Source: Planctomycetota bacterium (GTDB lineage: Bacteria > Planctomycetota > B15-G4). Taken from it: a DNA stretch of 64,000 nt. The position numbers were made by a program, and so were the translations under genes. The notes below the pieces were generated by a model, which saw only the letters and a program-made list of their open reading frames with translations, searched no databases and was not told the origin of the DNA. The stretch is taken from NCBI GenBank assembly GCA_965248575.1, contig CBDFJQ010000002.1:2583574-2647573 (forward strand), read 5' to 3'. This document shows, piece by piece, positions 36,168-44,659 of this stretch (positions are counted from its first letter, which is position 1; every line of letters begins with the position of its first letter).

Positions 36168-36222
36168 CCGAAGAGTCCTCGTGGATGGGGATGCAAGGAA
36201 CAGACCGGCGCCATGGGATCGC

Positions 36223-37053
36223 TCACGGATCCAGCCTCGCCCAGAATAGGATGCGCTGGAACGGAAAGAAGAACGGCTTGGAATCGGCCAACACCTGGGC
36301 GAGTTCCCGGCGATAGACCCCCAGGTACTCCTGATAGAGCTCTGCCGGCATGCGGCGCTCATAATCGGTCAGGGTGGTGCCTTTCAGCCACTCCAGCACG
36401 GCCTCGCGATCGGGTAGCTCGTGGGCATAGACACGGGCCATCACGTGCTGATCGGCGAATCCCAGCTCATGCAGGGCATGGGCATAGTCCGTGGCGCTGA
36501 GGACGGGGGTGCGGCGCACGTAGCCCCCCAGGGCCTGCGCGAAGGTCGCCTTTCGCGCCACCTCCGCAGCCACCGTCTGGGAAGGGTGCTCATGGTTCGC
36601 CGGCACCTGCACCGCCAACTGCCCACCGGGCGCAAGACAGCCTTTGAGCTGCCGGAGCAAGGCCGGGTGGTCCTCCACCCAGTGCAGGGCTGCGTTTGAG
36701 AAGACGAGGTCCCAGCTGCCGTCTGGCTTGAGCGCAGCCAGGTCGCCTTGCTGGAAACTCAGCGAGGCTGATCCGGCCCGTTGCTCGGCGCAGCGCTCCA
36801 ACATCGCGGGCGATCGATCCACACCCAAGGTCTCCCGAGCGCGCAACTGCTCGGCTAGGCGACGCGTCAGCGCCCCCGTGCCGCACCCGAGGTCCAGCAC
36901 ACGCATCTGCGGTTCGGGCACCACGAGCGCCATCAGGTCGAAGAAGGGCTGGCTGCGCTCCCGCTGGAAGCGGTCGTACTGCGCGGGATTCCACGGGTCG
37001 CGCCCAGGATCGTGCCCAGGATCGCACGGGGAAGGACTCGTCGATTCGCTCAT
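36223..37053 (-). CDS. tam: Trans-aconitate 2-methyltransferase-like SAM methyltransferase
   Basis: 276 aa. RVLDLGCGTGALTRRLAEQ is motif I. DLVFSNAALHWVEDHPALLRQL...GGQLAVQVP is the typical Tam arrangement. Confidence 0.8.
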   Translation of the reverse strand: MSESTSPSPCDPGHDPGRDPWNPAQYDRFQRERSQPFFDLMALVVPEPQMRVLDLGCGTGALTRRLAEQLRARETLGVDRSPAMLERCAEQRAGSASLSFQQGDLAALKPDGSWDLVFSNAALHWVEDHPALLRQLKGCLAPGGQLAVQVPANHEHPSQTVAAEVARKATFAQALGGYVRRTPVLSATDYAHALHELGFADQHVMARVYAHELPDREAVLEWLKGTTLTDYERRMPAELYQEYLGVYRRELAQVLADSKPFFFPFQRILFWARLDP

Positions 37054-37198
37054 GGGCTCGTTCCAACTTGTGCCACGGTCTCCATTCCCCGCCTTCGACG
37101 TTCCTCACCGTATACTGCACGGCTCGCCCGCCCGAGCATCCAGCGGCCCATCCTGGACGAAACCGCCATGGGGCCAGGGCCAGTCATCGAGTCCGGAC

Positions 37199-37933
37199 AT
37201 GCGCATCCTGCCCTCCTCAACCCAACTCATGCGAGCGCTCGGAGTTCTCCTGTGCAGCCTCGCCTTTCTTTCCGTCCTGGGCGGCAGCACCTGTATCTGG
37301 AGCGCAGACGATGACGACAGCCAATGCTATGACGACGACGATGACAACGATGCGTTCTGCGATGATGACGACGACTTCAACGCCACGGCAGGGGGAGCCT
37401 CGCTCTCGCCCGACTTCCTGAGCCTTCAAGAAGGCTTGCTCGACCTGGGTCCCGGCGTTCCCTTGGACTCCCGAGCCACGTCCATCCGCCGCTCCAGCAG
37501 CGAGCCCGCCGGAAGTACGGCACGTCTCACCAACTATGTGCTCGAGCTGGAGAGCCGCCCGGGCCGACACCCTGTGGCGCGGGTGCGCGACATCGTCGGT
37601 TTGGCCGTGGGCGCCGAGACGTCATCGCTCGCCAAGCACCCGCTCACCCTGATGGGCGCCGAGGACTTTCGTTTGTTCAGCGCTGACGTGCTGGCCGCCA
37701 ACGACGACCTGCTCGGACTGCCTGAGGGGGCCGGTGAGCTTCGCCCCCGCAGCGTGCACTTTCTCGATCAGCTGGTGGCCGTGGTGTTCGAACAGCTTCC
37801 CGGCGACGCAGCCTCCGAAGCCCAGGTCATCTTCGCCTTCGATCTCCTCGGCCGGCTGCTCCTGATCGAGAACCGGACGATCCTGCCCCCTGGAATCGAG
37901 GCGACGGTGCCTGACGAGCTGCTGCGCCCGTAG
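37199..37933 (+). CDS. Secreted protein with Cys-punctuated poly-Asp tracts (possible Ca2+/metal-binding), hypothetical
   Basis: The start was placed at MRILPSSTQLMRALGVLLCSLAFLSVLGGS (signal peptide). The motif is STCIWSADDDDSQCYDDDDDNDAFCDDDDDFN, followed by a ~170-aa uncharacterised domain. Its stop TAG overlaps the GTG start of the HTTM gene. Confidence 0.55.
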   Translation: MRILPSSTQLMRALGVLLCSLAFLSVLGGSTCIWSADDDDSQCYDDDDDNDAFCDDDDDFNATAGGASLSPDFLSLQEGLLDLGPGVPLDSRATSIRRSSSEPAGSTARLTNYVLELESRPGRHPVARVRDIVGLAVGAETSSLAKHPLTLMGAEDFRLFSADVLAANDDLLGLPEGAGELRPRSVHFLDQLVAVVFEQLPGDAASEAQVIFAFDLLGRLLLIENRTILPPGIEATVPDELLRP

Positions 37934-39321
37934 TGAGCACCACGCGGCGGCTCTTCGCGCCGACCCCTGCCAGCTCCCTGGCGTGCTTCCGTATCGCCTT
38001 CGGCCTGATCTTGTGTTGGGAAGTCGGGCGCTACTTCCAACACGGCTGGATCTCCGAGTACTTCGTCGAGCCCCGCTTCCACTTCCACTACGCCGGCTTC
38101 GGCTGGGTGGCGCCCCTGCCAGCGGCGGGTCTGCGAGGTCTCTTCGTGGGGCTCGGTGTGTGCGCGGCAGGGATCGCCACCGGCTATCGCCTGCGCCTAG
38201 CAGCCAGCCTCTTCTGCCTCGGCTTCAGCTACGTGTTCCTGCTGGAGAAGGCGCGCTACCTCAACCACTTCTACCTGGTGATCCTGCTGTGCGGCTTGCT
38301 GGCAGTCGCTCCGGCGGATCGCGTCTGGTCCATGTCGGCCTGGCGACGGCGCAAGGGACGCCAACGGGCGGGCTCGGCGGTTGAGGGCAGCGTGCCGGCC
38401 TGGAGCCTGGCCCTGCTACGAACGCAGTTCGGCCTCGTCTACCTCTTTGCGGGCCTCGCCAAGCTCAACGAAGATTGGCTTCGCGCCCGGCCCCTCACCG
38501 ACTGGCTCGGAAGCCGCCAGGAGCACGCCGTCCTGGGCCCTCTGCTGCAGCAGGACTGGTCCCCCTGGCTCTTCAGCTACGGCGGCTTGGCCCTCGATCT
38601 AGCGGCCTGGCCCTTGCTCATCTGGAAGCGCACGCGCGGGTTCGCCTTCCTGCTCACGTGCGCCTTCCACCTCACCAATGCGTCCCTGTTCGGCATCGGC
38701 ATCTTTCCCTGGACGATGATCGCCGGGACAGCGCTCTTCCTGGACCCGGACGGGCCACGACGCCTGCTCCGACGCTGGACGCAGCCCTCGTCGCCCCCCC
38801 GCTCGAAGCCGCTGTCGAATGCGCTGTCCGAAGCCCCGTCCGAAGCTCCCCCCGGGGCTCGCCAGCGGCTTGTTCTGTGGGCCCTGGGCATCTACCTGGG
38901 ACTCCAGGTCCTGATCCCGTTGCGGCACTTTGCCTATCCAGGCCCCGTGAGTTGGACCGAAGAAGGCCACAGCTTCTCGTGGCACATGAAGCTCCGCAGC
39001 AAGCGCAGCGAGACGAGCTTCCGGCTGCGCAATGGGAACACCGGTGAGGAGTGGCTCGTGAATCCGGCGGCCGAGCTCACCGACTGGCAGACGCGCAAGA
39101 TGAGCGGTCGCCCCGACATGATCCTCCAGTATGGCCAGCATCTGGGGCGGCGCCTGGCTGCAGAGTCGGGCGACCCCATCGAGGTGCGCGTGGCATCTTC
39201 CGTCTCCCTCAACTCGCGACCGCCGCAAGCCCTCATCGACCCCGCGCGGGACATCATGGACCTTCACTGGGGATGGTCCGCCGCTCCCTGGATCGTCCCG
39301 CTGAGAGAGACGTCGCCCTAG
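37933..39321 (+). CDS. HTTM-domain membrane protein (vitamin K-dependent gamma-carboxylase-like)
   Basis: 462 aa. The N-terminus FRIAFGLILCWEVGRYFQHGW...YLNHFYLVILL... follows the characteristic HTTM pattern, and the protein is polytopic. It has a GTG start overlapping the upstream stop. Confidence 0.65.
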   Translation: MSTTRRLFAPTPASSLACFRIAFGLILCWEVGRYFQHGWISEYFVEPRFHFHYAGFGWVAPLPAAGLRGLFVGLGVCAAGIATGYRLRLAASLFCLGFSYVFLLEKARYLNHFYLVILLCGLLAVAPADRVWSMSAWRRRKGRQRAGSAVEGSVPAWSLALLRTQFGLVYLFAGLAKLNEDWLRARPLTDWLGSRQEHAVLGPLLQQDWSPWLFSYGGLALDLAAWPLLIWKRTRGFAFLLTCAFHLTNASLFGIGIFPWTMIAGTALFLDPDGPRRLLRRWTQPSSPPRSKPLSNALSEAPSEAPPGARQRLVLWALGIYLGLQVLIPLRHFAYPGPVSWTEEGHSFSWHMKLRSKRSETSFRLRNGNTGEEWLVNPAAELTDWQTRKMSGRPDMILQYGQHLGRRLAAESGDPIEVRVASSVSLNSRPPQALIDPARDIMDLHWGWSAAPWIVPLRETSP

Positions 39322-39427
39322 CTTCGAGGTTTCAGCCTTGAGATAGCGTGGGCGATGCGGTCCTTTATGAAGCTCGTTCCGGCGCGCTGGGGAAGTCACG
39401 CGTTGCAACTGTCGCCGTCCTGCTTGC

Positions 39428-41875
39428 ATGCCTCCTGATCCGCTGTTTCATCGCGTCCTCCTCTCCATGGTCCTCTTGGCCACGGGCCCCCTCGCCAGTG
39501 GCCCCGCCGGGCTCGAGGTGCGCCCTGCAAACGAGACCGGGGCCTCCCCGCTCAACTCCGTGCTCATCAACGAGCTGGACGCGGATCAGAGCGGCGTCGA
39601 CATGCTGGAGTTCATCGAGCTGCTCGCCCCAGCCCAGGGATGGGACCTCTCCGCTTGGGTGGTGGTGCTCTACAACGGGGCTGCCCCAGACGACGAGGCC
39701 TACGACGCCATCGCGCTGACAGGCCAGTTGGCAGGGGAAGACGGGCTGTTCGTGTTGGGTTCGACGGGCGTCGAGAGCGTCGATCTGGTGGCCTTCAGCA
39801 GCAACGGCATCCAGAACGGACCTGATGCCGTGGCTCTCTGGCACGCTCCGGGGCTGAAGGCGTCTGACTTCCTGGGCACCAACCCGTCCACGCCCCCCGC
39901 GGGGGCGCGCCTCGCCGACGCCCTGGTGCACTCCACGGGCGACGCTCCGGACCAGGCCCTGCTCGACGCCCTGACCCCCGGCGCCCTGATGCGCGACGAA
40001 AGCGCGGGGCTCGGGCCCAGCGAGCGCTCCCTGCAACGGCGCCCAGATGGCGGAGCGCCCTTCGACACGGCGAGCTTCATCCCCTCGGCTCCAAGCCCCG
40101 GGCGTCGAAACGGAACCCTGCATCATGTGGCCATTCATGCCATCCAGGGCCCCGGCCATCGTTCCCCCTACGAAGGTTCGTTCGTGGCTGACGTCGAAGG
40201 GGTCGTCACCGCCGTGCGCGACGACCGCTTCCACCTACAGGCCTTGCCCGGCTCAGAGGACGAAGACCCTCACACCTCCGAGGCGCTGCTCGTCTTGCCG
40301 GGCACGGCAGATCAACCTGAGGTAGGTGACCACATCCTGCTGAGCGGTTGGGTCGAGGAGCATTCACCGGGGGGAAGTCCGGGCAACCTGAGCACCACGC
40401 GCCTCATCTTGCTGGGAGAGTGGGTGCTCGTGGACTCGGGGCTCGTCCTGCCGGCGCCCGTGGTGCTGGGCGAGGGAGGCCACTCGCTGCCGCGGCAGAT
40501 CATCGACAACGACACACGGGGCGGCCAGGTGTCCAACACCGCCACCCTCTTCGACCCTGAACAGGACGGCCTCGACAGCTTCGAGTCCTTGGAAGGCATG
40601 CGCGTCCAAGTCCGGGAGGCCTATGCCATCGGGGCGACAACGTCCTTCGGAGAGCTGCCTGTGCTGGCCGATGGCGGCCGCCTGGCGACGGGTCTTTCCG
40701 TGCGTGGAGCCCTCTTGCGCAGCGCAGAGGACGCCAACCCTGAACGCATCCTGGTGGACGATGAGTTGACGCCGACACCCCAGGCCGAGCTCGGAGACCG
40801 CTTCTCTAGCCCTCTTGTCGGTGTCCTGGATTACAGCTTCGGGAACCCCAAGCTGCTGCTCACCGAGACGGCCCAAGTCGTTCCAGGCAGTCGGCCGGCA
40901 GAACATCTCAGCAACACGGCCGGCCTGCGGGTCGCCAGCCTGAACGTGCAGAACCTCTCGCCTCAGAGCAGCGGCGAGCGCATCGCCGAGCTGGCCAAGA
41001 CCCTGGTGTTCGGGCTGAACGCCCCCGACCTGGTGGCCTTGCAGGAAGTGCAGGACGGCAGCGGCCCCCTCAATGATGGGGTCGTGTCTGGCCTTCCCAG
41101 CTTGATGCTGCTGCAGGGTGCGATTCGTTCCCTGGGGGGCCCACGTTACATCGCCGTGGAGATTGCTCCGCTCGACGGCATGGATGGCGGCCAGCCCGGC
41201 GGGAACATCCGCGTGGCTTTCCTTTATCGCGCCGACAGCGACCTGCGTCTCGTGGCACGAGCTGGCGGCGATGCCACGACCCCCACCTTGGTGCAGGTCG
41301 GGGCGGATGGGTCGCCGCAGCTCGCTCCCAGCCCTGGGCGGATCGCCCCCGAGGACCCGGCTTGGTTGAACAGTCGCAAGCCGCTGACGGCGGAGTTCGA
41401 GTGGCGTGGGCAAGCGCTGTTCATCGTGAACGTGCACCTGTCTTCCAAGCTGGGTGACACGCCACTTTTCGGTGCCTGGCAGCCGCCCGTCCTGGCCTCG
41501 GAAGCCAAGCGACTGCCGCAAGCGCGGGTCGTGCGTGACTTCGTCGCGAAGATCCTGGCGGCCGATCCTCAAGCGGCAGTGCTCGTCCTGGGCGACTGCA
41601 ACGACTTCGAGTGGTCCCCGGCCCTTGCGGAATTCCAGGCGGGGGGGCTGCTGCACAACCTCACGGACGGCGTGCCCCAGGGCGAGCGGGGCAGCTACAT
41701 CTACCAGGGCAATACGCAGACGCTCGACCACGCCTTGGCCAGCTCCGCCCTCCTGCCGGCCCTGCTGGATTACCGCATCGTGCACCGGCACGCGGGGCGG
41801 CTCGAGGCACCCTCGGACCACGACCCCCTGCTGCTCGACCTCTCCCCAACCGACCTGCCCAACGGCTTGCGCTGA
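39428..41875 (+). CDS. ExeM/NucH-family extracellular nuclease (lamin-tail domain + endonuclease/exonuclease/phosphatase domain)
   Basis: 815 aa with a signal peptide. The LTD motif is SVLINELDADQSGVDMLEFIELL. The C-terminal EEP fold includes LRVASLNVQNL...DLVALQEVQD... and ...SDHDPLLLDL. Confidence 0.75.
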   Translation: MPPDPLFHRVLLSMVLLATGPLASGPAGLEVRPANETGASPLNSVLINELDADQSGVDMLEFIELLAPAQGWDLSAWVVVLYNGAAPDDEAYDAIALTGQLAGEDGLFVLGSTGVESVDLVAFSSNGIQNGPDAVALWHAPGLKASDFLGTNPSTPPAGARLADALVHSTGDAPDQALLDALTPGALMRDESAGLGPSERSLQRRPDGGAPFDTASFIPSAPSPGRRNGTLHHVAIHAIQGPGHRSPYEGSFVADVEGVVTAVRDDRFHLQALPGSEDEDPHTSEALLVLPGTADQPEVGDHILLSGWVEEHSPGGSPGNLSTTRLILLGEWVLVDSGLVLPAPVVLGEGGHSLPRQIIDNDTRGGQVSNTATLFDPEQDGLDSFESLEGMRVQVREAYAIGATTSFGELPVLADGGRLATGLSVRGALLRSAEDANPERILVDDELTPTPQAELGDRFSSPLVGVLDYSFGNPKLLLTETAQVVPGSRPAEHLSNTAGLRVASLNVQNLSPQSSGERIAELAKTLVFGLNAPDLVALQEVQDGSGPLNDGVVSGLPSLMLLQGAIRSLGGPRYIAVEIAPLDGMDGGQPGGNIRVAFLYRADSDLRLVARAGGDATTPTLVQVGADGSPQLAPSPGRIAPEDPAWLNSRKPLTAEFEWRGQALFIVNVHLSSKLGDTPLFGAWQPPVLASEAKRLPQARVVRDFVAKILAADPQAAVLVLGDCNDFEWSPALAEFQAGGLLHNLTDGVPQGERGSYIYQGNTQTLDHALASSALLPALLDYRIVHRHAGRLEAPSDHDPLLLDLSPTDLPNGLR

Positions 41876-42036
41876 CGGCAGGAGCCGGCCCGCGGCCTGA
41901 CCGGAGCGGCCATCCAGAAGCTGGCGGCCTCCGAACGGGCTTCCCACGCCAGCCCCCACGACATCCCTGGGGTGATCCGCAAAGCACTCATGGGCTAGAC
42001 TCCCGGATTCGACCTTCCACCATCCGGAGTGACCCC

Positions 42037-43200
42037 ATGGTCCCCGCCCGACGCTTTGCCCTCGGCCTGTTCTCCCTGCTGGCCCTCACCCTCCCCACCC
42101 TGGCGCAGGACGGCCTCGCCGACGAGGCCCAGGCTGCTGCCGACAAGGTCACGAAAGCGACCGAGTGGACTGAAGGCCGCTACGCCTATGTCGTCGTGTC
42201 CACCTCCGCTGGCGACATGACCCTCGAGCTTGACCATGACAAGGCTCCCAAGACCGTCGAGAACTTCCTCAAGTACGTCGACGAGGACTTCTACAGCGGC
42301 ACGATCTTCCACCGCGTCATCGCTGGCTTCATGTGCCAGGGCGGAGGCTTCACCACGGACTACCAACGCAAGGGCACCAACCCTCCCGTGGAAAACGAGG
42401 CCGACAACGGCCTGAACAACACCTCCGGCACCATCGCCATGGCTCGCGTCGGGCCCCACACCGCGACGAGCCAGTTCTTCCTCAACACCGCCGACAACAA
42501 GATGCTCGACCACACGGCGCCCACCCCCACCGGCTGGGGCTACGCCGTGTTCGGGCAAGTCATCGAGGGTCTCGAGACCCTGGAGGCCATCCGCACCACG
42601 CCCGTGGAAGTGGACCCCCGAGTCGGCCGCGAGCAAGCAGCCCCCGTCACGCAGGTCGTCATCAACAAGGTGACCCGCGCGGACCCCCAGATGTGTGCGG
42701 GCGCCATCGTCGCAGTGCGCAAGCGGGAAGCGGTCGCCCAGGCCCAGGTCGCCGAGCTGGAGGCCGCCAAGGTCGTGCGCGAGGCAGCTCTCGCGAAGCT
42801 CGTGGAGAAGTACGGCAGCGAAGGCATCGCCCTGGTCGCCCAGAAGGGCCACGACGTCTCCAAGGGTTCCACGTCAAGCACCGGGCTCTGGTCTCTCGAC
42901 ACCGTGCCTGGCACCGGCGCCCAGCCCACGGCCTCTGACACGGTCACCGTGCACTACACGGGCTGGTTCACCGACGGTGGCGTCTTTGACTCCTCCGTTG
43001 AGCGGGGTGAGCCCACCAGCTTCCCTCTCAGTGGTGTCATCAAGGGCTGGACCGAGGGTGTGGCCGGCATGAAGGTCGGCGGCAAGCGCTTCCTGGTCAT
43101 CCCCCACGAGCTGGCCTACGGCGAGCGCGGCTACCCCGGCGTGATCCCGGAGCGGGCGACCCTGGTGTTCGAGATCGAGCTGCTGAAGATCGGCGGCTGA
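42037..43200 (+). CDS. Dual-family peptidyl-prolyl cis-trans isomerase: cyclophilin-type domain fused to FKBP-type domain, secreted
   Basis: The start was placed at MVPARRFALGLFSLLALTLPTLA (signal peptide). The cyclophilin core is FHRVIAGFMCQGGGF...GTIAMAR...SQFFL. The C-terminal FKBP domain is WTEGVAGMKVGGKRFLVIPHELAYGERGYPGVIPERATLVFEIELLKI. Confidence 0.8.
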   Translation: MVPARRFALGLFSLLALTLPTLAQDGLADEAQAAADKVTKATEWTEGRYAYVVVSTSAGDMTLELDHDKAPKTVENFLKYVDEDFYSGTIFHRVIAGFMCQGGGFTTDYQRKGTNPPVENEADNGLNNTSGTIAMARVGPHTATSQFFLNTADNKMLDHTAPTPTGWGYAVFGQVIEGLETLEAIRTTPVEVDPRVGREQAAPVTQVVINKVTRADPQMCAGAIVAVRKREAVAQAQVAELEAAKVVREAALAKLVEKYGSEGIALVAQKGHDVSKGSTSSTGLWSLDTVPGTGAQPTASDTVTVHYTGWFTDGGVFDSSVERGEPTSFPLSGVIKGWTEGVAGMKVGGKRFLVIPHELAYGERGYPGVIPERATLVFEIELLKIGG

Positions 43201-43319
43201 TTTCAACGGGGAAGCGGGCCTCCCGCTGGGAGATTCCGCCTCCGTTCCCTCAATCAACGCCCCCCGACGTGGGCAGGTCGTGCCTACAATGCACGTCCAC
43301 CACGCGGGGGGCGTTGACG

Positions 43320-44603
43320 ATGCATCGCAGGACATTCTTGGGCGGCCTGGGGCTGCCCCTCGTCGCGGCAGGAGTCCTGCTGGACCCCAAGCGCGCGGTG
43401 TCGGCCCTGGCCTCAGTGGCCAGGTCACCCCGCAGCAGCACGGCTGCTGACGAAGATTACTGGGCCACCATCGGCCAAGCCTTCACCGTCGACCGCAGCC
43501 TGGTCAACTTGAACAACGGCGGCGTGAGCCCGTCCCCCGCCATCGTCCAAGAAGCCATGGGCCGCCACCTGGCGTTCAGCAACCAGGCCCCCGCCTACAG
43601 CATGTGGCGCGTGCTCGAGCCCCAGCGCGAACAGGTGCGCGCGCGCCTCGCCCGGGCCTGGAAGGTCGACCCGGAAGAGATCGCCCTGACCCGCAACGCG
43701 AGCGAGGGCCTGCAGATCTGCCAGTTCGGCTTCGACTTGCAGCCAGGCGACGAGGTGCTCACCAGCACCCAGGACTACCCGCGCATGTTGAGCACCTTCG
43801 AGCAACGGGTGCGGCGCGAAGGCATCGTGCTGAACAAGATCTCGCTGCCCACTCCCTGCGAAGACGACGACGAGGTGGTGCGCCGCTTCGAGCAAGCCAT
43901 CACGCCGCGCACGCGACTGATGCTGGTGAGCCACGTCATCAATCTCACGGGGCAGATCCTGCCGGTCGCCAAGGTGGTCGCCATGGCTCGCAGCCATGGC
44001 ATCCCCTGCATCGTCGATGGCGCCCACGCCTTCGCCCACTTCGAGTTCGACCTCGCGGAACTCGACTGCGACTACTACGCGACGAGCCTGCACAAGTGGC
44101 TGTGCGCCCCCCACGGAACGGGGCTGCTCTACGTGCGCCGGGAGAAGATCCCGGACCTCTGGCCGCTCATGGCGGCCGACGAGACCTTGGACGGCGACAT
44201 CCGCAAGTTCGAGCAGATCGGCACCCACCCCGCCGCCAACACCCTAGCCATCGCCGAGGCCCTCAGCTTCCACCAGGGCATCGGTGCCGCGCGCAAGCAG
44301 GCGCGGCTCGTCGAGTTGCGGGATCGCTGGGCCCTGCCCCTGCTCGAAGACGAGCGGGTGCATCTGCACACCAGCCTGAAGCCCGGCTTCGCCTGCGGCA
44401 TTGCCACCGTGCAGATCGAGGGCATCGACAGCGCCGAACTCAACCGCCACCTGTGGCGCACCCATCGCATCCTCACGACGAGTATTCAGCACGAGGAGTT
44501 CGAAGGGGTGCGGGTCTCCCCCAACGTCTACATCAGCCTGGAAGAGATTGACCGCTTCGTGGATGTCATGCGAGATGTGCTGGCGAACGGCCTCCCCGCC
44601 TGA
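43320..44603 (+). CDS. Class V aminotransferase-fold PLP-dependent enzyme with twin-arginine (Tat) signal
   Basis: The start was placed at MHRRTFLGGLGLPLVAAG, which gives an RR-x-FLG Tat motif. The fold matches cysteine desulfurase / isopenicillin-N-epimerase-like enzymes, and YATSLHKWLCAPHGTG is the PLP-Lys region. Confidence 0.7.
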   Translation: MHRRTFLGGLGLPLVAAGVLLDPKRAVSALASVARSPRSSTAADEDYWATIGQAFTVDRSLVNLNNGGVSPSPAIVQEAMGRHLAFSNQAPAYSMWRVLEPQREQVRARLARAWKVDPEEIALTRNASEGLQICQFGFDLQPGDEVLTSTQDYPRMLSTFEQRVRREGIVLNKISLPTPCEDDDEVVRRFEQAITPRTRLMLVSHVINLTGQILPVAKVVAMARSHGIPCIVDGAHAFAHFEFDLAELDCDYYATSLHKWLCAPHGTGLLYVRREKIPDLWPLMAADETLDGDIRKFEQIGTHPAANTLAIAEALSFHQGIGAARKQARLVELRDRWALPLLEDERVHLHTSLKPGFACGIATVQIEGIDSAELNRHLWRTHRILTTSIQHEEFEGVRVSPNVYISLEEIDRFVDVMRDVLANGLPA

Positions 44604-44659
44604 GCCAGGACGCAGGGCCCCGTGCCGGAACCGGTGCGGGGATCGGTGCCTGAATGGGC

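Noticed and set aside
34206-36500. 764-aa plus-strand ORF (also 12537..13844 +, 40364..41959 -, 38599..39429 -, 6229..7812 -, 8849..9625 +, 18314..19165 +)
   Set aside because: All are antisense or alternate frames of genes with clear signal peptides or domains on the other strand, and their translations are dominated by R/G/A/P/H.
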